Shown here: positions 24,051-37,500 of the stretch, piece after piece
How positions within the stretch are numbered: position 1 is the first letter of the stretch
Layout: every line of letters begins with the position of its first letter
DNA from: Tubulanus polymorphus
Lineage: Eukaryota; Animalia; Nemertea
DNA length: 64,000 bases
Assembly (NCBI RefSeq): GCF_964204645.1
Contig: NC_134025.1
Coordinates: 11,222,001-11,286,000, forward strand
Direction of reading: 5' to 3'
The notes under the pieces: generated by a model
What the model was told of the DNA's origin: nothing
Databases searched by the model: none
Seen by the model: only the letters and a program-made list of their open reading frames with translations
Made by a program: the position numbers and the translations under genes

Positions 24051-26954
24051 GTGGCTCCTGATATACGTTTGTACATATATATACATGTCTACGCAATAGC
24101 AAAGCGATAATATGTATGAAAGGCGAATATGCTTGCTTTTATTCTAGATCTATTTGTGTTTTACGTCTGAAACTTCTAAATATATATACATCTGTGTCCA
24201 CACAGCAGTACGGGTATTGTTGAAATGACTGAAAAGACTGATTTATGCATTATAAACCTCGCGTGCTAATACGCTCGGAGCCACCGCTGACGATAAAGAT
24301 ATTGAAAACGACCTGAAATGAACCTATAAAAATGATGAAACATCATGTCAGGTTCTGTCAAAAAGTATGATGGGTAGAATAAGAATAGCCAAACTGCAGA
24401 TCAAATAAGTAAGCGAATTAGATGGATTTGAGTATTTGTACATTTGCCTCAATAAGACATGAATTCGGGCTCATAACTCATGGATGGTTGGAACTCATTA
24501 GTAATATCATTCACACGGTGTGTCAAAAATAAGGAAAATGTTCTCCATTGATTTATTATGTTCGGGCTTTACTCATGGGGCCATTCCCTCGCCTGCTAAG
24601 CGAATGCATTCGTACTTATAAGTAACATACAAACTAAAATGGTTGTTGCGTGTCTGTGACTGGACTTTTCAATGAAAAACAAGCGGGACTACTTCGTAAA
24701 AAAATATCCGCACGAACCAAAAGTATTCGACATTTCTATACGCGCGCATTGTGGTGTATCATACGAACGTCGGTATAGATTTGGCTTTCATGTTCGTTAT
24801 TTTCAATGCGTAGTAATCAATCACGAGTATATCGAAAAATAACTTAAGCTTATCACGTGTTATGCGCGTTTTTAATTTCGACCTGCGCAGACATCCATCT
24901 GAGATTGATAAACGTGAATTGAATATCTTTAAATTTTGTCCTGAATATGCAACATTTTTCGCTCATCTAAGGTTGATAAAAAAATGTCATTATTTCCCTG
25001 TCCTCCGTGGGGCGACGCGAAAAGCGTGCCTGTCGCTTCATATTCAATATGCAAATGATATGCAAAATAAATGCAATTTCGAGTGTAAATTGAAACAAGT
25101 GAGAGCATATGTTGATATTAATTTGGTGGCATCCAACGGTTTCGAATGAATTGGCCATTAAAAGCATAATTGACCGGTATCAAAATAATTCCTTCGTAAC
25201 GAATAGATCACTAATGACAGCGAGTTTAACTAATACGTACATACGGCGGTGCAATTAACACCTACGTAAATACCCACGTCTAAAGTGTCACATCAAACCG
25301 GGCTTCGAAATAAGTCAAGCACTTTTATACGCGCAAAACAAGCTAATCTCGTATTGAGTTGCTGGGTAGAAACAACCATGATATCAAGTAAATATACCAG
25401 TCATAATGAGACAACGCTATCAACATTAATAACTCATTACTTATTATGTATTATGTGTAGGCGACACAAACGGCATTTCAAATTTCGTATATTGAAGTAT
25501 AATTACAGCTATATATGAAGCCTGGGCTCTTTTATCGAGAGTTGCGTATTCCTTAGAATGTTATGTCTCCCGCGTTGTAGTTTAGAATTTCATTCTGGTT
25601 AAATCTAATCTTTTTTCATCATTTCACTGTCGGTGCTAGAGAACCACATTTTTCAACAGTAAATGTACCATCAGCTATATGTTTCGTGGTATAGGTGTCT
25701 TATTTTATGGTTCAGATGAATTTTGATTTTGCAATCATTGTAAATTGCAACTTGTTGACACCTTGTTGGAATAAACAATTAGAATGCAATCACATTTTAA
25801 CATTTCATCCTCTCTATCACTGCCATTCGTAATGCATTGCTTTAAAGTGATAACTTACCAGAGCGGTACATACATTTGATGCCATAAAACCGTTCCAATA
25901 ATGTTTATATACATTGATACCTAGTAAGCGTTATATAAGGGCTTCTGTGTGGGTCGATGTGCACTACGTCATCAACATTGGCGTTTCGAAATAACAATTG
26001 CAATTGTGAAATTTTTGTATTTTTTTTTGTAAATGAATATATTTCATAACTCTTATTTTGTATTTGATAGATTCTAATAATCATTTTCGAGGGAATGTGC
26101 AGAACGTCATCAATATCGGGCTAGACTGGTTGCCGTTCAATTCAATTCAATTCAAATTCAATTCAATTATCGATACGCACAAATTGAAAAATAACTTTGC
26201 CATGCTTCATGTGATACATCATTCACTGTTGAAGACATGAGGCAATAAATGTGTGTTATCTTTCCTTAAGGCGTCAATAGACTTTCAAGTTAGTTTTCTT
26301 GTTGTGTAGGTCTTGCAATCTAAAGCGATTTATAACGAATTAACTGAATTGAATTGGATTTGCGTGCTCGCTATTAACGGGCGCCGCGATATAAAAGAGA
26401 ATAGCGTCTCGTAAAAGCTCGTAAACGCAATTCATATCATTCGATCCCGTAGCTATTATTTCCGTTAGGATCCACTTCTTGGTTTTTGTTATTGGGATCC
26501 ATACATCCGGCGGCAGGATCGATACTAGACGTGCGTGTTTTCTCCGGGGTCCTGTCGTATTTCTCTTAACATCTCGTTATCTTCCTCACCTGCCTGTAAA
26601 CACCCAACGATCATCGATACACTCGACGAGATCGACCCCTAGAAAAACCGCTATTTGCGTGTGAGTTCCTCGACGCTTCTGTTTCACAGACAAAATAACT
26701 ATCCGTCGGTCCTTCATCGATTTGTCTTATATCGCGTCGTAATTCTTCGCGCCTCGAGAGAACACTGTTTCCCGTTTTAATGAACACCCCGTTAAAAAAG
26801 ATAAAGGAGATTTTAGTAAAGAAAAAAGAATCGCTAATCATGGTCATGTAAGCTGATTATGTTTGTAGTATATACATAGATAGAGACTGGTCATTTCGTA
26901 CGAGCATATGTAGCCCAACCCCAATCATGCGCTAGCCGGTTCAGACTGGTTGGA

Positions 26955-27188
26955 AGATTATTTGAATGAACTGAACCCGAAATTTACAATAATGTACTTC
27001 GATTTAAAGATACAATTCTGAAATTTCGACCGCCGATTACACATTGCTATATATGTACTTCGATTTGCCATTTCATGATGAAACCCCTTGTTTCGCCCTC
27101 GGCAGGTGTGGTAGGATTGTAAGAGACACCAAATCAAACGAAATCTACTAATCAAATAGATAACAGGGTCAAGCCCTATTTTAAGATC
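26955..27188 (-). repeat. dispersed repeat family A, copy 2
   Basis: Reverse complement aligns with 54483-54720 over about 230 bp. Confidence 0.9.
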
Positions 27189-30100
27189 AAATTATGTTGA
27201 TTCTACAGCAGAAGATAGCCCCTGCAATGAGCCGTTCACACGATGACTTAACCTCAATAATGTGTGCCATGACTTATTTCAGTTGCCTGACTAGACCCCA
27301 GTATTCGACACAATGGACATTGACTAGAATCAAAAATGTACGACCCAGCCTAGTATATACCTAGTACATCATAAATATCTACATTGTAACAAACACCGCG
27401 AGATACACGAAAAAAAGTATTTCTAAACATATTCTAGCATATTTCCTACAATCGAGAAACTATCGGGTTTTAGTATTATTGAAAAATATCACCTTACAGG
27501 TGAATTTTAACACCACAATTTTAAACGTCGGTTAAGATCGTAACACATGTTGTGGCCTTTGAAGTGAGAGGGTCAACCTGACTCTACAATACTTTCAAGT
27601 ACGTTCCTTAGGTCACACCAGGGAGTTACACCCATGATCGGCCCTCCTAACTTCAACAGTTCCACTTGACTGATCTTTAAAATCTTGGTACCAAAATTCA
27701 CCTATAAGATCTTACTATCCAATTACATAACTTAATAGTTTCCTCAACGGTTAGAAACATACTTTTGTGTTTTTTGGACACCCCGTATATGATCTTTAAT
27801 GTGCACTCAAAATGCGATGGGTTTTGATTATCTACTGCTACATGTCCACACCCCGGGAATTGCACGGAAAGGATCGACGAACGCCGTCGCAATTTACCCC
27901 ATGTGTCATATTCTTTAGAATAACGACACAAAAAGCGACTTAAGTGGTGAAAAAATTTCATCGCATTGCAATGGATACCACCAACTGTTATCATGATAGG
28001 CCTATGTAGCAAAAGACTATAATTGTCTGACAACTCTGAAATTGGCTAAATTATGCTCGGTGCACACCTGGCCGTGCAATGATGTTATATTCTGAGATAT
28101 TGCGTGAATTCTTCACATATTTATTCATACATATATCCCTAGGCGATCTTCCCTTTTTTTCTTTTTCAGCGTTACCTACTAAACGTTATTTTATATCGTA
28201 TCATCTTATGTATGTATATAACTTAAACATCTATTCGTAATTTGCGTGGTATTCGGGCTTCGTGTTTTACAACTCATTTAGATACGCTTTGCTAAACCCG
28301 TCAAGACCAGTGCCTTTGTCAAGTGGGCAATGGATACCCTCTTAGGCCGGGGCATATTAACAACAAGCCCAGCAGGATAGCATGTGAAATTGGCGCGACC
28401 ACATACCGATATGATCGCTTTGAGTTCTAAGGTATTGTGCACGGGACGATATCAGGAATTTTCTCAATGCAGATCTTCAATTATTAGTAGTTTAGGTTTC
28501 TAATGACTGTATAGTCTGTATATAGACGTAATTGTTCAGATTTGTAAAAGGTATATTCCGCGATTAAATCAACCCCTTACCCCCGTCTTAATGGATCTAT
28601 GTACACTGTCACAACTACCCGTGGTTATGGAACGTATATCATACGTTGATATGTACTCGGAACATAATTACGATTATTCGAAATCAATGCGAATTCATTA
28701 TTCTGTTGTTAAACGAATTCATATTCATTGAATAGCTTGTTTTCATTTTTATTCGAACGCAACGTATATCCATGTCGGCGTGAGAAAACTTCGACGTTCA
28801 GCCGAGAACCTCGGGACGCACCATCATAAAATCTGACCGTGTAGATTTTCGCGCTATAGCATAATCACTATCATTTCGATCGACCGAAATAGAGTTATGA
28901 AAAATGAATCTATTGAGGGCGGATTCGAATCCGGTAGACAATTTGTGCCAACTTGATTCATACTATTGAATTGTGTGTTTAACACTAAGGGTGTTAAGGC
29001 AGCCCATTACAATTGGTTCGTCTTTTAGTCTTTTCGCATTTGAATAACGTTGGACTTCATACTCTAAATGTTGGCCTACTCGGTATCGTTGACAAGAAGC
29101 ACAAATACTCTTGTCAAAGTTTGGCAAATGCTTATACAGGAATTTCCATTCACTGGCGCATAAAGCCCCCGTACAAAGGCCTTAGTGTGTTTCTAATGGC
29201 CGGGGTAGGACCGGCCAGCTAAAGTTACACGACTCCATCAGAAACGATCGCGCTTCGTCTTTTGTCAGGGTGGATGCCGTATACCATTTTGTGTCCAGAT
29301 TAATTGATATACGCGGCTAGGATTTTCACGCAGGCCACTTAAGGGGATTTCCTTCGGAACATTCATTTCACACACCTGCCCGGCGTTGTTACCCTAAAAT
29401 TTCATAATTTTTCCATAACGTGGTGACTATGTTTCTTCAGCATCGTCCTAACAGTTAGAAGTTGAGACTTATTTAAAAGTAAACCATATTCTAGGCAGAT
29501 AAAGTCAGCACATCTGTCTTGTTGATAGTGATGGATCCATATCAATATTTTAGTAGTTGAATGAAGCACTCTAATCCATGTAAACTGCAAATGAATGGCT
29601 GTTAGTAAACAGCCGAAACGTTGTAGTTTCATTTTAATGAATTCTATCATATAAAATTCTATTGTGGGACTTAATTCATTGATATTTAGCATAGAAAAAG
29701 TTTAAAAATCGTTTGGTTTCATTTTGTAACCGGTTGTATGGCTCATCCCCGCCACGATCTATGAAACGCGATCAATAATGTATGCTGAAAAGGTGTGTCA
29801 AAATGATATGCATGTCCATAGTTGCGTGGATACTGGTATATCACAGGTGGAGGTTCAGTTAGTACGGATATGTTATTTCTAAACCTTTTTTTGAACCTGA
29901 TACGCGCTTGTGACATATTGTTAGGTTTTTTGGGCGTGCTTTTTAATGAATTCTAAATACTATATCATATTTCACCTATAGCAAAACGACACCTGCTACA
30001 CCTTGTATTTTGTATATATGAATTTATTCATTGGGAATTAACAACCGATTTATGCCGTCGCCGGTCCCGTTCATCGACAAAAAAATGATATCATACGTTT

Positions 30101-30454
30101 ATTCAACTGATCGAAATTAACGTGTCGGTCCTGCCATATTTATTTACCTATCTTTTTTGTAATAGAGAGTTCAATCATTTAAACTGGACGGTGGATTCTC
30201 AACCAATTCTGTTCTGGTGCTTTGTTTTTGTTATACTCAAAGTTCGCACTTATCTTGAAAGGCTTATTGTTTATCAAAGCGTTTCAATGATATGGGAAAG
30301 TGATAGATTCTCAAACAGTTTTCATTTCAGTGTAGAGTACAGTGTTCATTGCAAGGCCGTGATCGACGTATTTTGAATTCCTCTCCTTGTTAAAAATCTC
30401 CTCGGAATCTTTGACAGAAAACTCCATAACCAAAAAGCAATCAGCAAAAAATAA

Positions 30455-31304
30455 AATTATAACATATGGATTCATTTAATTTCTCTTAATATAATAACAA
30501 TTTATGAATATGACTCTATATACAATTACTTAATTTAGGGTGCCGACGAAAAAGTTCTTTTTTAAGAAAAAAAAATACCCTGAAATGCTCCTAGAATGAC
30601 TAATCGTTGAGTTATCCTATTACTAGTCCACAGTGATCATTCGCACCGCGACGACAACGGGTTCGTGGCTGCAAGACAGGTGGTATGGTGTTGATGGATG
30701 ATAGTTAATAGAAAATGTCGGAAAGTAAGGAAGAGCGGGTTGCAAAGACTGTCACCAATAAATCTACACAACGAGGACAATCTAAGTATTTACAAATTAT
30801 TGGGAAAGCCATATTGTACATTGTACATCACACATACGCACACCACGACAGCTCACGACACAAGTCCGTCATTTTTTCCTTGTTTCCTATATACTTCAGG
30901 TTGAGATCGCTACGCCCAACGGGTCGGTCAGGGCTGCATTCCGCCTACACAACTCACCGTTATTCGCATAACAGTAAATAAAAAGTAAACGATTCACGAT
31001 TTTGCTTACTAATAATGTCTATACGCACACACAAGTTCAGTTCGGATTTCGTCGCGCTGAGCACATGAATTTAGGCACCATGATATTCTGTGAAGCAGCG
31101 AGCCCAGGTCAGCATCGGTCACGAGTCCTCAACGATGAAGCCGACGCGCTCGGGGAGACCAGGAATGCCACTATACAGGAAATAGTCATCGGTTGAAACA
31201 ACGGGTTCTCTTTGAGAATAGTCATCATTTCTTCGACTTGATTGTCATTAAAAATTATTATTACGGGTTTTCTTGAACATTGACAGTTTTTCGATCGGGT
31301 TTAT
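30455..31304 (-). promoter_or_regulatory. Predicted Six3/6 3' UTR with distal poly(A) signal
   Basis: Minus-strand ATTAAA at 30480-30475 followed by a U/GU-rich tract. Pumilio-type elements TGTAAATA (30794-30787) and TGTATATA (30524-30517). Confidence 0.45.
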
Positions 31305-31500
31305 TCACGAATGCGGCGAATGCGTTGAATGTGAAGATAGCGATGACATCGGACTTATCGTCGATTCGGGCGACGGTCGGCCGTGTTTGTGGTGTTCCGG
31401 TATTTTAGTGGTGCCTTCTATATCTAAATCGTCGGCAGACATCGGCGAGGAAGGTGGAGAGGGAGACAGCTCGCGCCCTGTACCTTGTCCATGGTTCATT
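31305..31500 (-). CDS. six3/6: Six3/6 exon 2 (Ser/Pro-rich C-terminus and stop)
   Basis: Acceptor TTTGTTTTCATTTGTGTCTTGTAG| at 31501. Phase 2 matches exon 1 (AG+A = Arg), giving ...AAAAKNR-MNHGQGTGRELSPSPPSSPMSADDLDIEGTTKIPEHHKHGRPSPESTISPMSSLSSHSTHSPHS*. 587+196 = 783 nt = 260 aa + stop. An intron just after the homeodomain at KNR matches known Six3/6 gene structure. Confidence 0.85.
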
Positions 31501-34500
31501 CTACAAGACACAAATGAAAACAAATTCCCATTAATGAAGAATGACATAAATTCGATAAAAACGATAGTCATATATTTTCATATAAATGTCGTATTAAACT
31601 CAATTAAAAGTTAATCAGAGAAAACCGGACTTTATTGACATATCCGGGTTCGTAGGATAAATTGTTTTAACTGTTTGCACATAAATCACTCATGCTTAGA
31701 CGCTCGATGTGCAAATAATCGAAATGAGCTGTCGCGTTGTATTGAAAAGAAATCGGCAGAGCCATGATTGGCAGCTATGCGGACGGAGAATGAGTTTGTT
31801 CGACATAAAACACGTCAATTAATTCGCCTTAATCCCTATAGCACATACACAATTTGTTGAAGAATGGCGTTGATTTCAGCCGGCTCGGTAGTTATTTTAA
31901 CAATGTCTATAGCGTCCCCGGGTGAGATACCGTGCACACCTGTTCGGATTAAGACAATCGCTGGGCGATGGGGAGCGAGTAAAGAGGATTAATACCGTGC
32001 TACATGAGACAAATTCCCGAAAACCGCGGCGAGATAGCAGCCGATGTATACGGCTTCCGAGCGCCGGATTTACTTCGCAAAAACGTTGTTCTGAGGTTTC
32101 TCGGGCGAACGTTAACTTTCTTCGATCATTGCTACTTCATCGAATTTCAATTGCTTTGGCAAATGATGAAACGTCTAGAAAAGCTATATCGATACAAAGT
32201 TCGAAAAGCTATATTCTCCCAACTATAAAGAATACAACGGAGTCTGCGCGCTCTAAGCTAAGAAGGACTAAAAAAAAAACGCCCGAGGTCCCCCCCAAAA
32301 AGAAATGCGACGCGACTCGTATAAATAGATTAAATGGCTGTTCAGTGCCATTTTACGCACAAAGCATATCAATTGTTAGCTGTAAGAGAGGTGAAATATA
32401 TAGCCGAAACCTACATGAATGGCAAGTGAAGACACTTTTGATGGTACATTATTCGCTTGTCTTTGTCTACGAGCACACACCAAACATTTTCGAATGCTTT
32501 TGACGATCGCGCGCACAACAGTTTTTTTCTTTTCTGAACAGCCCGTGGAAATTACAGGTGGAGTTGGTCGATTTTGTGTTTAACACTTCGACATTAAGAC
32601 GGATTAGTTGTGGAGTTGTGTCAGTCAAACGTGTTGAATAACTCGTCGAGTTGCTTTTAGTCAGTTTTAGTTTGTTTATATATATATATATGTATACGTT
32701 TTAATGAACGCAAATATATGCTTGAAAAGAAAATGTCGTTGCGCGCGCACAATGAGACTTTTGTGTGAAATGACGAAAATGAGTAAACAAAAAAAAGCTT
32801 TAAGATTCGAATATCCTTTGCTCGAATGTAATGATAATAATTGCACGATTATTCAACTAGCATATATTTGCGAGACGACCTAAACACAGAAGGAATATCA
32901 ACTAGGGGTTGGCCTGAAAGAAACCTGCCCAGTTAGAGACCGAACGGACGGTACACTAAAAATAGTTGGCCATTTGACCTGACTGATGTCCTGATAACTG
33001 ATAACTGTATTAAGAGCGAAAGGTGACCATAATCCCACAATAAGCTAGCAATCCGACCAAAATCCCATTTTCTCAACATCGACCCACCTGTAAAGATTTA
33101 TTTTGTCGCGAATAATGCCGATTTTCGGTCGAATGCCAGCCGAGAGGCCACAGAATGGCGAGGTAATTCACCGAGGACAATGAGCCGATTTTTCTCGATC
33201 GCAAAAGCGGAATTCATCTGCGTGTTTCGGAATAAGGTTTCGAATTCTTGCTATTATTAACGGCTGGGCGACAAGGGTACATAGCCCGGGGACGTTACAA
33301 GCGAATAACATAAGCGTTTCACATACCGGTAATTGACCCACAAAATCTGGTACATCATCGACTGGGTTATTAGTGGTGGATATTCTGAGTGCGAGATGAT
33401 CGTTCGATCAATCGCAAATTGATATTTCATAAACGAATGCACTGATTCCAAGTTTCAAAGCCACCGCATTTTGAAGTCAAGGGCCCAACAAAGATAATCC
33501 ATTCAACCTATTTACTAAGATGCTTTAGAGAAATCAATTACTTTTAAGGTTTATATGAAATATGGGTCAGACACAGAGACACCGCCATGTTGACAGTTGA
33601 CTGTGCAGCATTAAGTTTAACTATAGATCAGTGAGTAAAAGTGGATGTGAATCTAGCTATCCTTTCTCCCATGTCTTTTCGATTCTGACAATATCTTCTG
33701 CGAATCATGAGTGCTAACCATAAGAGTTGGGTTCTTTGAGTAATATGCTATTATTTAGCTAGCGACTAGCGATCACGCATTATCATTCTAATCAGCAGAA
33801 TGTCAAATGCGAGGGTTAAGATACTCGAACACGAGTCCGTAATTAAAGACGAAGCAATGCGAAAACAACGGCGCGCCAATGATCTTTTCAAATACCGGCT
33901 ATTTTTTTCACTTACGCGACGCTTGTTTAGGAAGCGGCCGTACTTCCCTCGCCGTGGCGCGATACACCGAACCGCCACCAAATACCGGGCGTCTATTGAA
34001 AATCACGAACCGATTTTCGAAACGATCGATTTTCATGCTAAAACGCCGTCCTCCCGTGGCCGGTGTGTGCATCGGGCGCCCGTTATCGTCGACTTTTATA
34101 TTGGATACTGCGGAGACAACTGCGAACACGCAACTGCTAGTCGGTGATATGGCAAGGAGCATTCACGACGGCTGTATTTTCGCCCGGAGGAAAACAGCAA
34201 ACAACGGTTGCTAAACGGAAATAATGGCTGGAAACAATTCGCAATAAAAATTGACATTTATACGAAAGTGCATCGGCGATAAATGACATATCGAACCTTC
34301 TATTCGCTTAAGTATACTCGATACAAACTTTTAATTGGACAGGGGTTAACCGGTTCATGTTGTGTCAATCTTGATGACTAATGATGAACTGAACTAACTA
34401 ATGTTTTACTATATAGGAACATTAATTTCAAACGTCCAATTCCTGTATTCCATTTCAACAAATTCGCACAAGAACAAGGGACCGACGTGGAATTGGTTAC

Positions 34501-37500
34501 AAGAAATCTGGTGCTATCCACATGCAAGATCACGGTATAATACTCCCCCCTCCCACTACACATGGGCCTACATCCCAAAAGATCCGATAAATATGTTTCT
34601 GTGTATTTACATTTCCACTTCGTATAGAAAAATCTAACATCATCATCAAAGTCATTGAATAAGCTCATTACAGACAGACGTCAGTGTTACGAAATAACCG
34701 TTTGCGCCGTAGCTATACGTTATAACTCTCGCAGCATCGGTCTGGACGTCGGAGAAATCATTAAACAAAGCGAGAGTGGAGATGATCTTTTTTCAATCTG
34801 GTGATTGCCTCCTGCCGATGGTTCGACGACGACGCTACTGTCGGCTGCGCGCATCGCGATACCGCCGAGTGGCGGTGAAATTAATTATTAATCGGTAGGC
34901 AACCAATGCCGAAATTGTATGCAAATACCGATCGATTTCCGTATAATTGTATCGTCGTAATAAGACGATCAGGGCGAATTTCAATCATCGGCTAGGAAAA
35001 CATTCGTAACGCGGACGCATCGATAAATTAATTTACTGGAAATTTGATGCGCGCAGATGAGAACCGAGTTGAGACGACGATGCTCATATTGCCATCGGAA
35101 AACATCGGAAAATACACGTATATTTATATATAATATAACATTGAGTTATCAGTTGACAAATGATTACTCCAAGATATAACACGAAATAGATCTAATTGTC
35201 TGCTGCTGAGTCTTATGGGCGCTTAACGTCAATCCTACATTCGTGGGCTCGAACCCTGTAGGTGGCATGTTTTCTAGTCGACTTTTCTGAATTCCAAGAG
35301 TGGAAAAGAACACTCTGAACGTGCTACCGATTCCCCGCGTGTCGCTCAGTGTGTTGAGCGATTAAAAATCGCGAATTGGTGTTTCAGATAACGCTGTGTG
35401 TACACAGATACAGCAGTATAACAAGAAATCGGATTTTTAACAACGTATTGTTATTTAAATTCTCTATATACATATCGGATTGCGACAGATTGCGCGGAAC
35501 AAATTTTAAGTCGCTATGAAACCGAAACGTAATACGTTTGGGCAAACAGGTTTTTTCGAAGCGAATACCAGAGTCAAATGTCGTCACTGATAAAACATCG
35601 CGATCGCTGCAATAAATCAATATATCGTGGATATAAGATAAGCGATGAAATATGGTCTAACTATAACGCATAGTCTACAATCCCTAAATTAGCCTACTAT
35701 AATACTGAATTCTTTTTGGCTTCAATGAATATTTACATTTACATCATAACGTTTAAGTTAGAAACAAAATTAAGCAAGGCATTTTAATTCATTTTGTGTA
35801 TCTATTTTGATGAAATATTACGAAAAGTTACCATCTATCCCGAACAAGCTTTTTCAGTTGTTAATTTGATACGAAAAAAATCATGCGAATATATCATTAT
35901 ATATTTTACTATCCTCTGATAATTTTTGAATCTTTCTTTTTTTTAGATAAATCGGCAGGGATTCGATAACTAATAGGAATGTGATTACAAGGTCATGTGG
36001 AAGCATCGCGCAGAGACGCCAAGACTTTCAACTGCTCTTCTCTCATAACCGCGCAATGAAATCTAATTGAACTGAAACACAGCCATAATTGTTTTCTCAT
36101 CAATCGCTTTGATCTTTCATACTTCAATTGAAAATTAATGAAATTAACAAACGTCTACGGAGACAGCGGAGCACGTTAATTTCGCTTTCGCCGCGAAGGG
36201 ACAAAGAATGCGAAGGTAGGAAAATTCGTAATTAGACATACTCGTCGTTAATTCCTCCGTCGGCTTCGGGAATTAAAAACCAGGAGCGGTACAAACCGGG
36301 TGCGATGTACATTTTCAGGTAGAAAGATCACAGGAAATATCTGATAAAACTGTTTAATCGAATTAGCACTTTGTTCGGTGGTGTTTGGTAATTCACCGGC
36401 GTATGATTTCAAGAGATAATTCACATTTCATAAGTCGCCGTTGGAATCTTATCTCCCACCCTATAATAATACTGCGATCATAGAAAAAAACTCTTTCGAA
36501 AATTTCGATCGACTGAAATGTTTCTCTTAAGATTCAGGTGAATTTCCATGCAAATCCGTTTAATTATGTGTCTATAAAACTGAGTGTTATATCATGTTAT
36601 AATTTCAATGTAAATAAAGATTATTATCATCATTACTATTATAATCTAGCTGATGCAATGTAAATTTAATGCGTCATTAATGAGTATTTATATCTGAACA
36701 TAGGAGTGATCGATGTTTAATCAATTCGAGTGTGAATCATTTTAGTGAAGAACCTGCTGTTATATGTTAATGTTTTAAAAAGAAAATCTTATTGTAATGT
36801 ATTATTCATGATATCATTTTTAGTTCAAAACCGTACTCTTATCATGTGTCCTAGTTCAAACCAGCGATAGTCCTTTCGAAGATATAATCTATTCAAAACA
36901 GCCCCTTCTATCGCGATACGTTTTCGCCACGGAGACATATCTCATCATCTTGAAAAACTTCTGGTAAAAAGGCAGGAAACTTTTATAGCTATAACATTCT
37001 CCACAGAATTTATATAAAGACGGCTTCTTCCTTTGTGCTAGATCAGAAGGGCGTTTTTAATTAGTAAACGCGTATTCGTAGCTTAGATAACTCTAGGCAT
37101 AACTACGGTATTGATATAGCTCTTGTCTCTCCGACTAGGGATGTTACTCGCCAGACGACAATAACGACTAAAGAGATACCGTCCCCTTCTTTTGAGCTAA
37201 GACAACATTTTCTTTTTCAAGCCGAAGTTTACACGTCGCAACGATTGTTCCGACAAGTGGTGCTTCATCGGCAGCGTTCTGTACACCGACCGTACGAACC
37301 TGCCTCTATCATTACCGAATGTAATTACATCCCAATTACTGCGACCCTTCTAACACTGTTTACGGCGGATACATTACACTATAGTTTCGGTGGGTGCTTT
37401 TGTCGTATATCTACTCTCTAGGGGTTATACGATTTCACCACAAAGCGTATATATTTATCGCCGTCTCCCCGTATACGCGATATCTTTGTGCGTATTCACA

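Noticed and set aside
23821-24102. RE/RG-rich 93-aa ORF
   Set aside because: Translation of the CT-rich microsatellite.
31100-31304. Stop-codon readthrough or downstream ORF in the 3' UTR
   Set aside because: Readthrough adds only 18 aa without a known readthrough context; the 39-aa downstream ORF has no recognisable features.
31922-32503. 193-aa plus-strand ORF within the Six3/6 intron
   Set aside because: GTG start, homopolymer runs and no recognisable domain; probably a chance ORF, though BLASTP/RNA-seq would settle it.
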